Source: Naegleria gruberi
Lineage: Eukaryota
Reading direction: 5' to 3' (one strand)
DNA length: 64,000 nt
NCBI GenBank assembly: GCA_000004985.1
Contig: GG738847.1
Within the stretch, counting starts at the first letter, position 1. Each line of letters opens with the position of its first letter. The notes under the pieces are model-generated. The model ran no database searches. It worked only from the letters and a program-made list of their open reading frames with translations, and was not told the DNA's origin. A program made the position numbers and the translations under genes. Shown here one piece after another: positions 12,523 through 24,604 of the stretch.

Positions 12523-15505
12523 ATGAGCAGTGGTGGTGGACATGTTTCATTCTCTAACCAGCAGCAACCAGCAAATAATCAACATCAGCAACAATATCTT
12601 GCCAACTCCTTTTCGTCAACAATAACACCAAATAATAACAATAACTATGGCAATCAAGGAAATAGAACCATGTTCGGAAATGGATTGAGTGGTGCTGTAT
12701 CAACTTCATCACCAAATGCGTCCAAACCACTTCCTACTCTTCCTCTTTCCCAACAACAACAACAACACACAACAACACATTCCAAATAATAGAGCAAGCA
12801 TGTCCTTCTTCAATCCGCAACCTACCCCTCCTTTTAATCAACAATCAAATATTTTAGATAGTAGTGGTGGTTCTCAATTTCCTCCACCTCTTAAACAACA
12901 ATCATCCCTCAATAACTTAATGTATCAACAACCTGCAAATACTCAGCAACAACAATGGAATAATCAAAATTCTGAAATGTTTTATAGTAATTCTCTAAAT
13001 TCAATGATTAATAATAATTTGAATGATCAACAGTTTGTTCCAGTAACTGCCATGCCTAATTCATCAAATAATTTCAATAACAAAAATGTTCCGAGTGTAG
13101 CCCAAAGTTTTGATTTTTCAGTGGAGAAAAAGAGATCAAAGAGTGTCAGTTTTGGACGATCAAGTCCACTATTATCGGATGAAGAACCAATAGTCAACAC
13201 AAATGAAACACAAACAGCCAAGCCAATTCCTCAAGTAGTTGAACATACCAAAACTGTTTCATTCTTCGAGTCACCTATTTATTCCACTATGGCAGAGGAT
13301 GATATGAGAGACGATGCATTTCCTGCTATTACTTTTGATATTCCTGTACGTTCTGGAGAAACGAGAGATTTTTCAAATGTTTTTGAAAGATGGCAAAATA
13401 TGGGATTGGGAAGTAATGATATGCGTCATTCGTTTGTTGCCACAACATCGAGCCACAACTTTGGATTTGAGGATGATTTTGGTACATCCAACAAACCAAC
13501 TGAATCAATCCTTAACAAGGGTACTGCCAATACTACTGTAATATATCCAAATCCAAATGCACCAACACCATCAGAGCTACAAAGTGATACCAGATCAGAA
13601 TTGTACAATCCAAATGCCATACCAACTCCAATAAGTGCTAATGATGATCAAGATGATGAGGATGAGTCAGAGGAAAACCAACAGGAATCATTTGATATGA
13701 TACAATTAGGACTATTGGATCCAAAAGAGTTAAAAATTCTATGTGAAAATATTTCTTCCATGCTCAACATTCTGTACAAGTATCTGGGAACAATACCAAC
13801 TGAATGTTCACTGGTTTTACTTGAAAAACATTGTGAATCAAACCTTAAAGATTTGAGCAAAATAACAAACAAGCATTCTGTTGAGACCTTGATATCACTA
13901 CTCATTTCCAGGTTAGATCTTCACAAAAATAAGGGATCCCTTTCAAAGTTGACATCTGTAGATTTTCTTGAACAACAAGTTAGAGAAATTGCTAGGACAA
14001 GTTTAATCAATCTCAGAGAAGATATGGAAGGATTTCAGAGAAGCAAAAGATCATCAACACCAAACGATTCAAGTGATGAGGTTAGTGTTGCTTCTAATAA
14101 CGAGCCAGAACTTCCAAATATACCAAGAAAAATGGTGGAGAAGAAGAAATTAATAGACAAGTTACTGAAACAAATCAGCAGTATTAACACACCACTCAAT
14201 GATAATGGAGATACTATCGTACATGCATGTTGTTGGTATGGATTGAAATCTGTTCTGGAATATGCACACAAGGTTAAAGGAGCCCTTTTATCTATCAGAA
14301 ACAAGGATGGAAAACTTCCATTAGAATACGCCATCAATCAACACAGAATTTCATCTACAGTCTACTTGATTGGTAATTCTATTGGCCATTCACTCCATTT
14401 ATTTGCAGATGGAAGACTGAGAGAAACCTTTAACAGAGATTTAATTTTGGAAGGAAAGAAAAAGAACCTTACAAAAGCTCTTCGCCAATGCATTTCTTCA
14501 TCCTCAAGGGTTAAACCAAATGTAAAGGATGAGTATGGTATGACACCTCTTCATTACTCTGTTCTACTGAGGTATGATTCAACTATCAAAAAACTATTAC
14601 AAATGTCCAATATACGAGTGAATGAAAGAGATAAGCTCAAGAGAACATGTCTTCATCTTGCTGCTATTTCCAATAATACTGAGGTGATAGATATGCTTTG
14701 TAAACGTGTTGATATTGATAGATTGGCCAGAGATGATATCGGAGATTCATTCCTTCATACATACATTAGATATATCTATGCTGAAGAAAATGGACCAAAA
14801 TATGAAAATCCAATTTTAGTAATGAACAAAATTCAATCCCAATTCAAGTGGTTCAGAAGCCCTATTGTTGATTGTGGGTTAATTCTTGCTCATGCCGGTT
14901 GTTTAGAAAAACTCAATCATTATCACGACTTTGTGATTTCATGTTGGAATCAAATTGTAAAATATGGATTATCAGATAGTTATATTATTGTAGAAAACAG
15001 TTTATTGGAGGGAATTGTTGACCCAGAAGTTGTAAAAACAGCAATTATTACATCATTTAAACAATTCATCATTCCACCAAAGAGAAATGACAAACGTCCG
15101 CTCAGACTTCAACTTGTGAATGTTGTCCATCAACAAGAGAAACAAAAGAAAGGATTATTCAGCTTTGGAAGAGAAACCAAATCATTATTGGGAATGAAAA
15201 ATAAGGAACAACCACCTGTCAACACACAACCACCACAAAATACTCCTCCTCAAGTCACTCAACAAATTATTGATGTTATGAGCAAAAAGATTTATAATTT
15301 CTCCATGATTGACTTTAAGGATTTACAATATCTTTTCACAGACAATCAAACTCACCCACAAGATTCTTACATTTCATGGATGGTCAACAATCAAAAACAA
15401 ACTCCACTATCATTGGCAATAGTATTAATTAGAGCTCTTGTTAAGGAAAAGAAAGTTCAAGCCAAATCAATTGTTACATTACCAATCAGAGCTTTTAAAA
15501 TTTAA
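12523..15505 (+). CDS. Gln/Asn-rich N-terminal region followed by an ankyrin-repeat protein. ORF 12523..12789 and ORF 12689..15505 overlap in the +1 frame; an alternative ATG lies at 12800.
   Basis: ANK repeats: NGDTIVHACCWYG…DEYGMTPLHYSVLL…RTCLHLAAISNNTEVIDML. The first ORF ends at AAA-TAA-TAG (12784-12792). The second frame is open from 12689. The poly-N/Q composition is shared by both frames. Confidence 0.55.
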
Positions 15506-15761
15506 TTCTATTTTATAAATTATCAACCACTAAACTCATTCTCTTATCAACACAACTTTATTCTCTTTGGGGACGAAACAGTATGGATTACGAAACTAGA
15601 AACAATGTTGGCATGCTTTCTCAATTACTATCCTCTTACCAATTATTATTAGTTCGATGAGAATCTTATAATTGTCCTCACTGTTCTTAGTTAAATTATC
15701 CATAAAACGAAATTTAAATAAATTTAAAAAAAATACAGAAAATCCAATCATCGGACCAAAC

Positions 15762-16841
15762 ATGTTGGCAACACTTGAAAATTCACCATCTGAAGTAGCT
15801 TCCCCCCACAAGGATTTTGCAATTGTTTTTGATATTGATGGAGTTTTAATTCATGATGGTACAGTGATAGAAGGAGTACCTGAAATGTTAAAATCACTTC
15901 ATGAGCATCATATTCCCTTTGTTTTTGTTACTAATGGAGGAGGTGAAACTGAAGAATCACGTGCTGAAAGGCTTTCTAAATTATTCGGACTTGAAATTGA
16001 TAATTCTAAAGTTTTAATGTGTCATACTCCATTAAATAGAAAATCAAAATTCTCATCACTCACTCAAGCCTATGAAAAGAGAGTTTTATATATTGGAAGA
16101 AATGATTCAAGTTGTGATAAAATTATGGAAAATTATGGATATGATAATAGAATTTCATTGAGACAATTTGCTGAAAAGTATCCATTTCTGTTACCTTACT
16201 CTATGAAAGATCATGAAAATTATTACAAATTTAGTCATGAAGAACAGTTGAAATTATCTGAAAATGATGAACCTATTGATAGTATTGTATTTTTGGATAC
16301 TCCAGTTGATTGGTGTGAAACTTTACAAGTTTGTTGTGATTTGGTTTTAAGTAATGGAAAGGTTGGACATAATTTGGATTTTTCAAAAGAAACTCAACAT
16401 GTTAAAGTGAATGTTTGTAATCCTGATTTGGTTTATCAAGGTGTTTCAAAACATCCAAGATTTACAATGGGTGCTTTCTTAGAAGCTTTGGATACTTTAT
16501 TTTTCATTTCAAATGGAAAGAGACAACATTTACAATATGAATTATTTGGAAAACCACACAAAGTCACCTATGATTATGCAAAGAAAGTTTTAATTGACCA
16601 ATTGAGATCCTCACATGCTGGTCATGAAGATAGAGATAATGTCGATGATATGACTATTTATGCAATTGGTGACAATCCATTGAGTGATATCAAAGGTGCA
16701 AATGGTGCTGGATTTGTTTCCATGTTATTGAGAACTGGAGTTTGGCAATCAAGTGAAGAAAATGATTCACAAAATCCTGCAACTCACGTATTTCCATCTG
16801 TTAGGGAAGCATTTAAATTTATTTGTGATAAACATTTATAA
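15762..16841 (+). CDS. HAD-superfamily hydrolase, subfamily IIA (CECR5 / YKR070W-like)
   Basis: FAIVFDIDGVLIHDGTVIEGVPEMLKSLHEHHIPFVFVTNGGG…AIGDNPLSDIKGANGAGF. This shows the DxDG motif and the C-terminal GDN…D motif of HAD-IIA. I place the ATG at 15762; the longer ORF from 15672 starts at TTG. Confidence 0.75.
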   Translation: MLATLENSPSEVASPHKDFAIVFDIDGVLIHDGTVIEGVPEMLKSLHEHHIPFVFVTNGGGETEESRAERLSKLFGLEIDNSKVLMCHTPLNRKSKFSSLTQAYEKRVLYIGRNDSSCDKIMENYGYDNRISLRQFAEKYPFLLPYSMKDHENYYKFSHEEQLKLSENDEPIDSIVFLDTPVDWCETLQVCCDLVLSNGKVGHNLDFSKETQHVKVNVCNPDLVYQGVSKHPRFTMGAFLEALDTLFFISNGKRQHLQYELFGKPHKVTYDYAKKVLIDQLRSSHAGHEDRDNVDDMTIYAIGDNPLSDIKGANGAGFVSMLLRTGVWQSSEENDSQNPATHVFPSVREAFKFICDKHL

Positions 16842-17236
16842 TCGAATTATTTTACAACAATATTTACAAAATTGGAAAGGCTATACATATTCAGTGATCA
16901 ATTCTCTTGGCATTCAGTCTGCAAAATAATCTTTCGCTTTTTGTTTTGGATAACTTTGATCTGATCCATTCTGTTTTCACTGTTGACAGATATTCGTGTA
17001 AATCAGTTGTGGTTGACTTTATGTGTGAGTTTTGCAAAGTGATGAGTCTGGCAGGCATTTTGTTGTGTGTTTCTTGTTGAGGTATTTTATTTTGAATTAA
17101 TTGTAAATTGCATGTGGGATCTATTTAAAGATTTTTTACCTGTTCCAATATTTTATGTAATTCCAAAAAACAATGGAATTTTTTAATACACGGACGCAAC
17201 GCTAAGAAGAGAGCAGGTCGTAGATATGTATGACAC

Positions 17237-17452
17237 ATGGGAGGAGCTGTGCCTCAATTCCAACATATGGGACAAGGTGCTCAACAAGTTCCTCAAATTC
17301 ATAACCAATACTATAACCAACAATCTCAAGCTCAACAAGGTAGGATAAACCAACTAGCCAACTCAAATAATGGCATGGGTCATTTTCAAGTTCCAATGAA
17401 CAATCAATCACAAACCCAAGGAGGTGGTCATCAACCTCACTATAACTTCTAA
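17237..17452 (+). CDS. Small Gln/Asn-rich ORF (71 aa), possibly a prion-like low-complexity protein or spurious
   Basis: ATG start; Q/N-rich composition (MGGAVPQFQHMGQGAQQ…). No recognisable domain. Confidence 0.2.
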   Translation: MGGAVPQFQHMGQGAQQVPQIHNQYYNQQSQAQQGRINQLANSNNGMGHFQVPMNNQSQTQGGGHQPHYNF

Positions 17453-17615
17453 GCTAGATTCCATATGTGTATACTAAATTATTAAATAACAAATAAATAA
17501 CAAATAAATTATTATTCCTCTTCGTGTAACAACTCATTCATTGTCATTGGTTATTTTAAGGCAATGAAATATATATTATAGGAAATGTTTATGTTTATTG
17601 TTACGTAATCTAATT

Positions 17616-20600
17616 CTAAAGGAGTAAGAAATTACAAATCATCACAACCATGACGAATACTGATGCAACAATCTTACCAGAACCATTAACATCAGTACTA
17701 TGTATTGGAACAGTACCATTGTTATTATTGTTATTGTTATTATTATTGTTATTGTTTGTAGGAGAACCTGAGCTAGTAGCAACAATCACTTGTTTTGATT
17801 CGTCCACAACAACCAAATCTGTTGTAGCAGCAACAGATGAAGTTGAGAACAATGAAGCAGTTGGTGTGAAAGTAAATGAAGTCTTAACCACTGCTGCACT
17901 ATCTTTCTTCACCAAATTAATTTGGAGCAATTGATCAATGGTTGAAACAGTACATGCACTAACAGTGTACAATGTCGTCAAATCAGTTGACCCACTCTTA
18001 ATCATATCAAAGATCTTACTTGGATTTGCATTAATATCAGCAATTCCCTTCACATCAAATGGATGGTCAGGATTACTATTGTAAACCATAAATTCGGTAT
18101 TTCCAGCTGTTGCTTGATTAATCCAAACCATGTCGACAGTTGTTGGTTTCAAATCTTCCAAAGTCAATTTCAAAGCACATTTTGAAAGTAAATTGAATTG
18201 AACTAAGGTACCAGTTGTCTTGGAGAAGGCAATTGGCAATCTCTTAACTGTTGAAGTATAGGAATAACTTGAAGTGGCAATTGAGTTGACATCAGTAATT
18301 GATGGAGTTGCCTTTACAGTATTGGAATTGACAGACATGTCATAGACACATGTGGCATCGGTACTTTCAGCAATGAGAACAAGACCAATTTTGTTGGCAG
18401 TTTTGGCATTGTTCAAGTCAGCTGCCAAATCCAAATAAAAGTTTCCATTGATGGCTGGATCCATTGTAATGGAAGTTGCGTCAATTTCTCTTCTTGCAAT
18501 GGTCAAAGTTCTAGGAAATACTTGCTTCCAAAAAGATGGAAACTGAACTTGTCTTCTTGTTGGTGACCTTAATTTGAATAAACCTTTCGGCTGTTCCAGT
18601 ACAAACATTCGAAATGTCAATACTAAACAGTGCAACCTCACCTACCTTTTCAGCAACCAAATTATTGATTGATTTGGTATCTCTACTCATTTCTTTAGAA
18701 TCAACAACAATATTAGAATCATAACTCATTACAACACCTGTTGCACTATTCACAATTCTCAAATATAAAGTCTTGGCATTGATATCTGTCATCCTGACAG
18801 CTGAACACTTCATACCATAATAGCTAAAATCAGAATTTGGACCAATAACCTTAGTTTCAGATGGAACACCACTATTAAGAATATCATTGTAAACAAATTG
18901 AAGATTAATTTGATTGGTTGACATCATTGACACATCACCCTTATTCAAATATTCATCAGCAATTGGAAAAATTGTTTCACCAACTCCATAATTAACCATG
19001 AATGAACTACCATCATTGAGAATATTGGTATAGAAATCATTTGCAAATTTGAGTTTACCAGCACCTTCCAAAGAAGTCATTGACAAATATGGATAAGTAT
19101 ATCTATTCAAATTAATGATTAATCTTCCAGAACGGAATGGATTTACAATCTTGGAATTGAAATCCATGATATTGTAAGGAGCCATACCAATTTGCTTAAT
19201 TGTGAAACTTTCATCAAGTGGAATGACAGTTGCCAATAAAATCTTATCAGTATTTCCAATATTCATATTTTCCAAAGTCAAGTGGAAAGTATATTCAGTT
19301 TCCTTATCAATATAATTGAACTTGGCACCATTTGACATCTTGTACATGTTTCCAGATGTCCATGCTTCTGACAAGGTCAAACTAAATTTACCCCAAGCTT
19401 GCATTGAGAAGGCATAACGTGGATAATTAGCAGCAGTATCCAAAATCTTCATAAAGATAATTGGGTTTCCAACCTTTTAGTAAGTATATGAGAACCAACC
19501 ACCATAAGTTGTTGTGCTTAATTCAAAATCAGTTGTCACTATTTTTTGATCTGTGAGAATTGACATGAAAACAACATCACTTTCACGTGGGGCATCATAT
19601 CTGAGAATAAAATCGACTTCACCTTCAATGATATTTTCCTTAGTTGGATCAGGAGTTGAAGTAAAGATGAAAATTGGAGTTTGAGCTGTTTTGTAAACAA
19701 CCTTAATAAAAGTGCCATCCTCCATGACTGTTCCATCATTGACAGTTTGAGTGACATCATAATCACCTTGAGTAATAAGAACGTCATTTTGAGCAGTATT
19801 GGTATTCAACATATTCTTATAAACTTCAAATTTAAAATATTTCTTTGTAGTTCCTCCATTTGGAATACTAATTGTGGCCAAAGTGACTCCTTGGACAGAT
19901 TTAGAAACAGTGAAAGGTAATAGCATCTCCTTTGGCAGCTACATAACCATACTTGACATAGTAAAAGTTATTATTGGCATTCTTAATATTAAATTCATAG
20001 AATGCTGGAGTTGACTTGAACTCTGGTTGAACAACGACTGGAACTGGAACAGGATCTGAGGCTGGATCTGCTTTACCAACATAGTTATTGGCTCCTGGAA
20101 CTAAGTTACCATTACTATCTGTAGTAGATTCAGCATACTTTGGTTTTGGTGGACTCATGGTCTTGAATTTACCACTCATTGAGGCAATTTCAGTTTTACC
20201 AACTAATTCTAATTCCTTACTACCACCAAATTTCTCAGATTCATAATAGAAAATTAAATTGTAATAGGCGCTCAATTTACAATAAGCTGAAACTGAATCA
20301 CCTTCAATCAATCCTTCGCCAATCAATTCAATTCTGAAACGAGGAGCAATACCAACATAAACAGAGGCCAATTCCTTAACACCCAAAATCTTAACATTGA
20401 CTTCAACACCTGGAATCAATCCAAAGTAAACATTGGTCACAGCATTTACTTCAATCTTTGGTGGATCAGATGAGAAAGTAATTCCATCTCCTTCCTTTAC
20501 AGTACTATAAGTTCCATCATTGTACTCATAACCCAATGTCTTTTGGATGAGTAATTCAAAGTTTCTACGATAGGAAATTGTACCAGTGGCTTCGATTTTA

Positions 20601-21849
20601 CCTTTGAATTTAAGACTTGGAAGTACGGAGACAGTTAATACTGGAACAGCACTAATCATGATTGGAATGGTAACAGCTGGAGCTTTGAGTAAGAGTTTTT
20701 CAATATCCTTTTCGTATTTTGCTGTGACTGCCAGTCTGACATAACCAGATGTCTTCCAACTACCACCAACTGTTGCACGCAAGGTCTTTAAAGTGATCAA
20801 TTTGATATTGACCTTCAATGAGAATTCCATAAAGATTCTAGAGATACAATCTTCACAGGCAACTTCAAGAGATTCAGCCTTATAAATTGGAATGTTATTA
20901 TTAATTGGTGTTCCAGAACTATCACAATTAATATTTAACATTGGAGTGGTGTAACTTGCGGATCCTTCATAAGTTGGATCTGGAAGAGCAGCCTTGACAG
21001 TTTGATAGGCATTGTTGACAGCACCACCAACAGCAGCACCTGCCTTCTTGACTGAATTCCAAGCATCACTCAATCCCCAGAGAACTTTTCTAGAGATTGG
21101 TGTAACTCCTCTTGAGTTAACTCCAATTTCTGCCTCCATGAACAATTCAGCAGGAGACATGGAACGAGTTTGGAAACGAACTCTCATCATATTTCCTTCA
21201 TGAGCTATGATTTCACGCGTGAGGACAACATTGGTTGTGGCAGGATTCTCAGCACGATCTTCTTGACCTCTGAAACAATTCCACTTTTCACTAATGATGA
21301 ATCTTGTACCAGGAATGAAACGAGAGGCAGTACGCGCGTGATCTGAAAAGTCAATGGTGATGGAGTCATCAGTTGGATCACACTTGACGTCCCATACATT
21401 GAGTTCTCTATCAAGATTAACAATACCAGAGAGAGCTGTACCTTCAACTGAATAAATCTTCATGGTGTTACCTTCTACTCGACCAACATTATGTCTAATT
21501 GGAGCATAGTCGACATTTCTCTTCAATTTATTGATACTTCTCTTGTTGGTTCTCAATTCAATTTCAGAAGCACCCAAAGTATAGGTATTTCTCAAGTGGA
21601 ATGGATCTCTTCTCAAAGCTTGAAACAATTCCTCACCGGAAATGAAAGGACTGATGGTAGCGGAAGTTGTGGAAAGTCGATACCTTCAAAATTCATCTCA
21701 AGGAAGGATGAGGAGTGAAGGGATCTTTTGGCTTGTCCCTTCAATCCAAACATTCTCTTGGAGGGAAAGACAGTCATCTTGGATGTTGGTGTGTTTGCCA
21801 TGGCTAACACACTCATCACCACCAACAAGACGAAACTTGTGAATAGCAC
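17616..21849 (-). CDS. Very large (~1400 aa) beta-rich surface protein with a C-terminal GPI-anchor-type signal. It is assembled from ORFs 19901..21628, 19477..19926, 18511..19452 and 17616..18641, which are linked by +1 frame changes and one in-frame TAA rather than by introns.
   Basis: The C-terminus reads …SGSPTN(13)GTVPIHSTDVNGSGKIVASVFVMVVMICNFLLL, a poly-N spacer, omega-site-like region and hydrophobic tail. An N-terminal signal-peptide-like ORF (LFTSFVLLVVMSVLAMA at 21613..21849) has no in-frame ATG and sits in the −1 frame relative to the body. Junctions 19901-19926 and 18511-18641 are +1 overlaps. ORFs 19477..19926 and 18511..19452 share a frame and are separated only by TAA 19477-19479. 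Confidence 0.5.
17718..17757. repeat. (ATT/GTT)n trinucleotide repeat; it encodes the poly-Asn tract of the GPI-anchored protein on the minus strand
   Basis: gttattattgttattgttattattattgttattgtt. Confidence 0.8.
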
Positions 21850-22425
21850 GAGTTTAAGTGATTTTAATTAGCCAATTTCATTACCCTTATTAGGACTTTT
21901 TGTGATTGCGAAACAAGAGTTCGTTTCACAAATTTGAATATTTTCAGTTCCTACCTTACTTTAAACAAACTTTGAACATTCAAGTGGATGAACTATTTCA
22001 ATGCATGCGTGATTGATTCAACTATATTTCTGTAGGACTTTAAACAGCACTACAACATTCCAAGCGAAAAAAGTGACTTCGCTATTATCGTAGAAATAAA
22101 GTTTGTTTGTGAGCATTCTCTGAGTGGGAGATTCATCTAATAGTAAATAACAGTAAAACCATGCCTTAATTGAAATTGCCTTATTTCTTTTCCTCTTTTC
22201 TTCTTCTTCCCCGATATAGTGGAACTTACACTCAATTTGTAAAGAAAGAAAGTCGACTTATCATTGAAACAATGCAGTGGACCTTCTCAAGTTTATGACA
22301 AAAAACATAATAAGCAACTCGAACAAATATCTGAGTAAAGACTTTACTAAACATTGATAATATTCTTCTTCCGTAGTGAAGGTGAATTTTAAATTGCCTT
22401 CTTCTTCATTCGGAATAAAATCACA

Positions 22426-22905
22426 ATGGGTAGAATCAATATTCAACAAAAAATAATTTCGATTGTAGATGAAACCCAACGAGTAAAGGAAAAGATTAAG
22501 AAGCAAAATTTCCTGTCAACAACAATGAAAAGTAGAAGGTTGAGGAAAGCCTTGCAAAATGATAAATTATTGATGAATTATTTTCAATGGAATGAAACCT
22601 CTGTATCAGCAGACTTAACTGTGTATAAATTGGAGCAAACTAATTCTGAGGTATTTTGTGAAAAGTGTCCAATTTTGAATTCTAATAATGAAATATGTTG
22701 TTCAAATAGAAAACAACCAGAATTGACAAATCCAAGCAATGTTACTTTCATATCAAGCAAAAAGGTTAAGGTAAATACACCTAATTGTACTCCAAAGAAA
22801 ACACTATTATCGGATAATTCTACAAATGGTGGACGTCCACCCCTGGTCCCGAACGAAACATTACTATTACTGCTGCTTCAAGCATGCACTTCCCAACAAT
22901 ACTAA
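22426..22905 (+). CDS. Hypothetical 159-aa protein with a Cys-containing middle region and a hydrophobic C-terminus
   Basis: ATG start. The ORF sits in an otherwise empty 1 kb interval. No recognisable domain. Confidence 0.3.
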   Translation: MGRINIQQKIISIVDETQRVKEKIKKQNFLSTTMKSRRLRKALQNDKLLMNYFQWNETSVSADLTVYKLEQTNSEVFCEKCPILNSNNEICCSNRKQPELTNPSNVTFISSKKVKVNTPNCTPKKTLLSDNSTNGGRPPLVPNETLLLLLLQACTSQQY

Positions 22906-22954
22906 TTATTCTTTTATGTACAATAAATCAAACAATATTACTGACACTTGTTTC

Positions 22955-23758
22955 CTATTGTTCTTGCCATCTCTTGAAGACATCAAAGAGAAGGTTTTGA
23001 ATCACAACGTTTTCCAGCTCGTCAAACAAGTCAATTTCACCCAATAATCGTTGAATATTGAATGAATGAACTTGTAGCTCTTCCTTTGACATGTTCAATT
23101 GTTTGTTACTACCATTCTTAATAAACTGTGAATAAATCTCAGTTTGAAGCTTGACTCTGTCTTGAATCTTTTTCAAGCTCTTATAATAACTGACATCTTC
23201 AAGGAAAAGTATCCATTCGTTCATTTCTTTGGCACAGAAATCTTTAAAGTTGTTTCTCTTGTCAATGTTGTGGAAAATTTCTTTGAAGTTGATTTTGTCT
23301 TGCAACTTGTAATACATGACTTCCTTTTCTTTAAGTTCTTTAAGCATATTCTTAATTGTAAGATGATGAATCAGAATGACAATAACAGTAGACATTTCAG
23401 ATTCAGCTTTTACAACAGACGTAAGGTCATACGTACACTTGCTGAATGACATTGAAATTCTAACTTTCATTTCTTGACCGAGTTTGTTGATAGCATTTAT
23501 CTCTCTTCCAGTGATACAAGTGTCATCATGGAGAAGCACAGCTGAACCTCTAGAGTCAGCCAATTCCTTTTGAATATCCAAAGTAGGAAGAATGGATGTA
23601 ATGTCAACCATTCCACCTCTATGCGTCAGTATCGTTGAAACCAAAAGTCTTTTGGAAGGCATAGTTTGAAGAATCAACATAGATAGGTTACAATTTGCGA
23701 AGTCTATAACAGCAATTAATTTCTTTACTAACTGGAATACAGCCATGATTGAAGCCAT
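22955..23758 (-). CDS. RGS (regulator of G-protein signalling) domain protein. An upstream 5' exon is likely, because a GTAAGA donor lies just 5' of the ATG.
   Basis: The C-terminal half matches RGS consensus: FKDFCAKEMNEWILFLEDVSYYKS…IYSQFIKNGSNKQLNMS (compare F..E.SEENL.FW…YK…IY..FI…A.VNI). The ATG is at 23758; the longer ORF starts at GTG 23761. Confidence 0.6.
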   Translation of the reverse strand: MASIMAVFQLVKKLIAVIDFANCNLSMLILQTMPSKRLLVSTILTHRGGMVDITSILPTLDIQKELADSRGSAVLLHDDTCITGREINAINKLGQEMKVRISMSFSKCTYDLTSVVKAESEMSTVIVILIHHLTIKNMLKELKEKEVMYYKLQDKINFKEIFHNIDKRNNFKDFCAKEMNEWILFLEDVSYYKSLKKIQDRVKLQTEIYSQFIKNGSNKQLNMSKEELQVHSFNIQRLLGEIDLFDELENVVIQNLLFDVFKRWQEQ

Positions 23759-23800
23759 CACTGTTCTTTCTAATTTGAGTGAAGATTCTTACCATGTATA

Positions 23801-24430
23801 TTGTTGATTATTGTAACTATATGTTTATTGATGATATCAGGTCAAAAAAGAGCCATTGGAAGTGCTGCTTACGCTGCCCATACAATGTCCTATGAAGTTC
23901 TTTTACAATTTTTGCAATCACAAGCAAGAGCATCATATAATTATGATATATTATTCAATCATCTTTTTGGTATACCAAAAACTAATGATTTGAAAATGAG
24001 ATTTTCATTGTATCTTGAAAAGAAGCACATTTCCATGATTTGTGTGAAATTGGAAGGTCTTGAACATATTATTTCAACGACACCTCCCAATGAAGTTGTG
24101 GAGATTTTGCAAGACTTCTTTGAGAGAGTTGAATTTGTATCAAAATCTACTAGTAGTTTAATGGAACCTTCAGACAATTTCACAATTTCAATTGCATTCA
24201 ATGCATCCAAAGAACAATCAATGCATGAGGAAAGAGCAGTCAAAGCTTGTGTAGATTTGAGCTCAAGGTTGGCAGACTTACAAAAAAACAAATGGAATCA
24301 GATGGCCAATAGTCACTCTTTGAATACTTGTCAGTTTAGGTTAGCTATTTATGTTCAACAATGTTTGTGTGGAAATGTGGGGACTAATGATAAAAGATTG
24401 TTCAAAATTTTAGAAAATCTAAATATATAA
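23801..24430 (+). CDS. Class III adenylyl/guanylyl cyclase homology domain, probably catalytically degenerate. It is likely one exon of a larger gene and is transcribed divergently from the RGS gene.
   Basis: ISMICVKLEGLEHIISTTPPNEVVEILQDFFERVEF…EPSDNFTISIAF…HEERAVKACVDLSSRL…FRLAIYVQQCLCGNVGTNDKRLFKIL aligns position by position with LFADIVGFT…SPEELV..LN.LF..FD…KTIGDAYM…HA…A..M….RIGIHTGPVVAGVVG. The first metal-binding Asp is replaced (VKLEG). The ORF starts at TTG; the nearest ATG is in-frame at ~23822. Confidence 0.5.
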   Translation: MLIIVTICLLMISGQKRAIGSAAYAAHTMSYEVLLQFLQSQARASYNYDILFNHLFGIPKTNDLKMRFSLYLEKKHISMICVKLEGLEHIISTTPPNEVVEILQDFFERVEFVSKSTSSLMEPSDNFTISIAFNASKEQSMHEERAVKACVDLSSRLADLQKNKWNQMANSHSLNTCQFRLAIYVQQCLCGNVGTNDKRLFKILENLNI

Positions 24431-24604
24431 CAGATTACGCAAGAAAATTCCAAATAGGAGTGGTTTGTGATCTAATATTTTGCTAGTAAGGTTGCTCGAT
24501 TCTCTTTCCATACAAGATTTGTTTCATTTATTAATCTTCAAAATGATAATAATACTGTGAAAAATAGAAAAGTGTTTGAAATAGGAGCAAAAATTAAAGT
24601 GTCT

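Noticed and set aside
17237-17452. The Q/N-rich 71-aa ORF as a bona fide gene
   Set aside because: It is kept only as a low-confidence feature. Low-complexity CAA/AAT-rich DNA is open in several frames by chance in this genome, and no domain or splice evidence supports it.
19901-19926. A tiny intron to join the 575-aa and 149-aa blocks of the GPI-anchored gene
   Set aside because: The only GT…AG pairs in the 38-nt overlap give introns of 14 nt or need a non-consensus GTTATG donor. Every other intron in the window is 41 nt or longer with strong donors.
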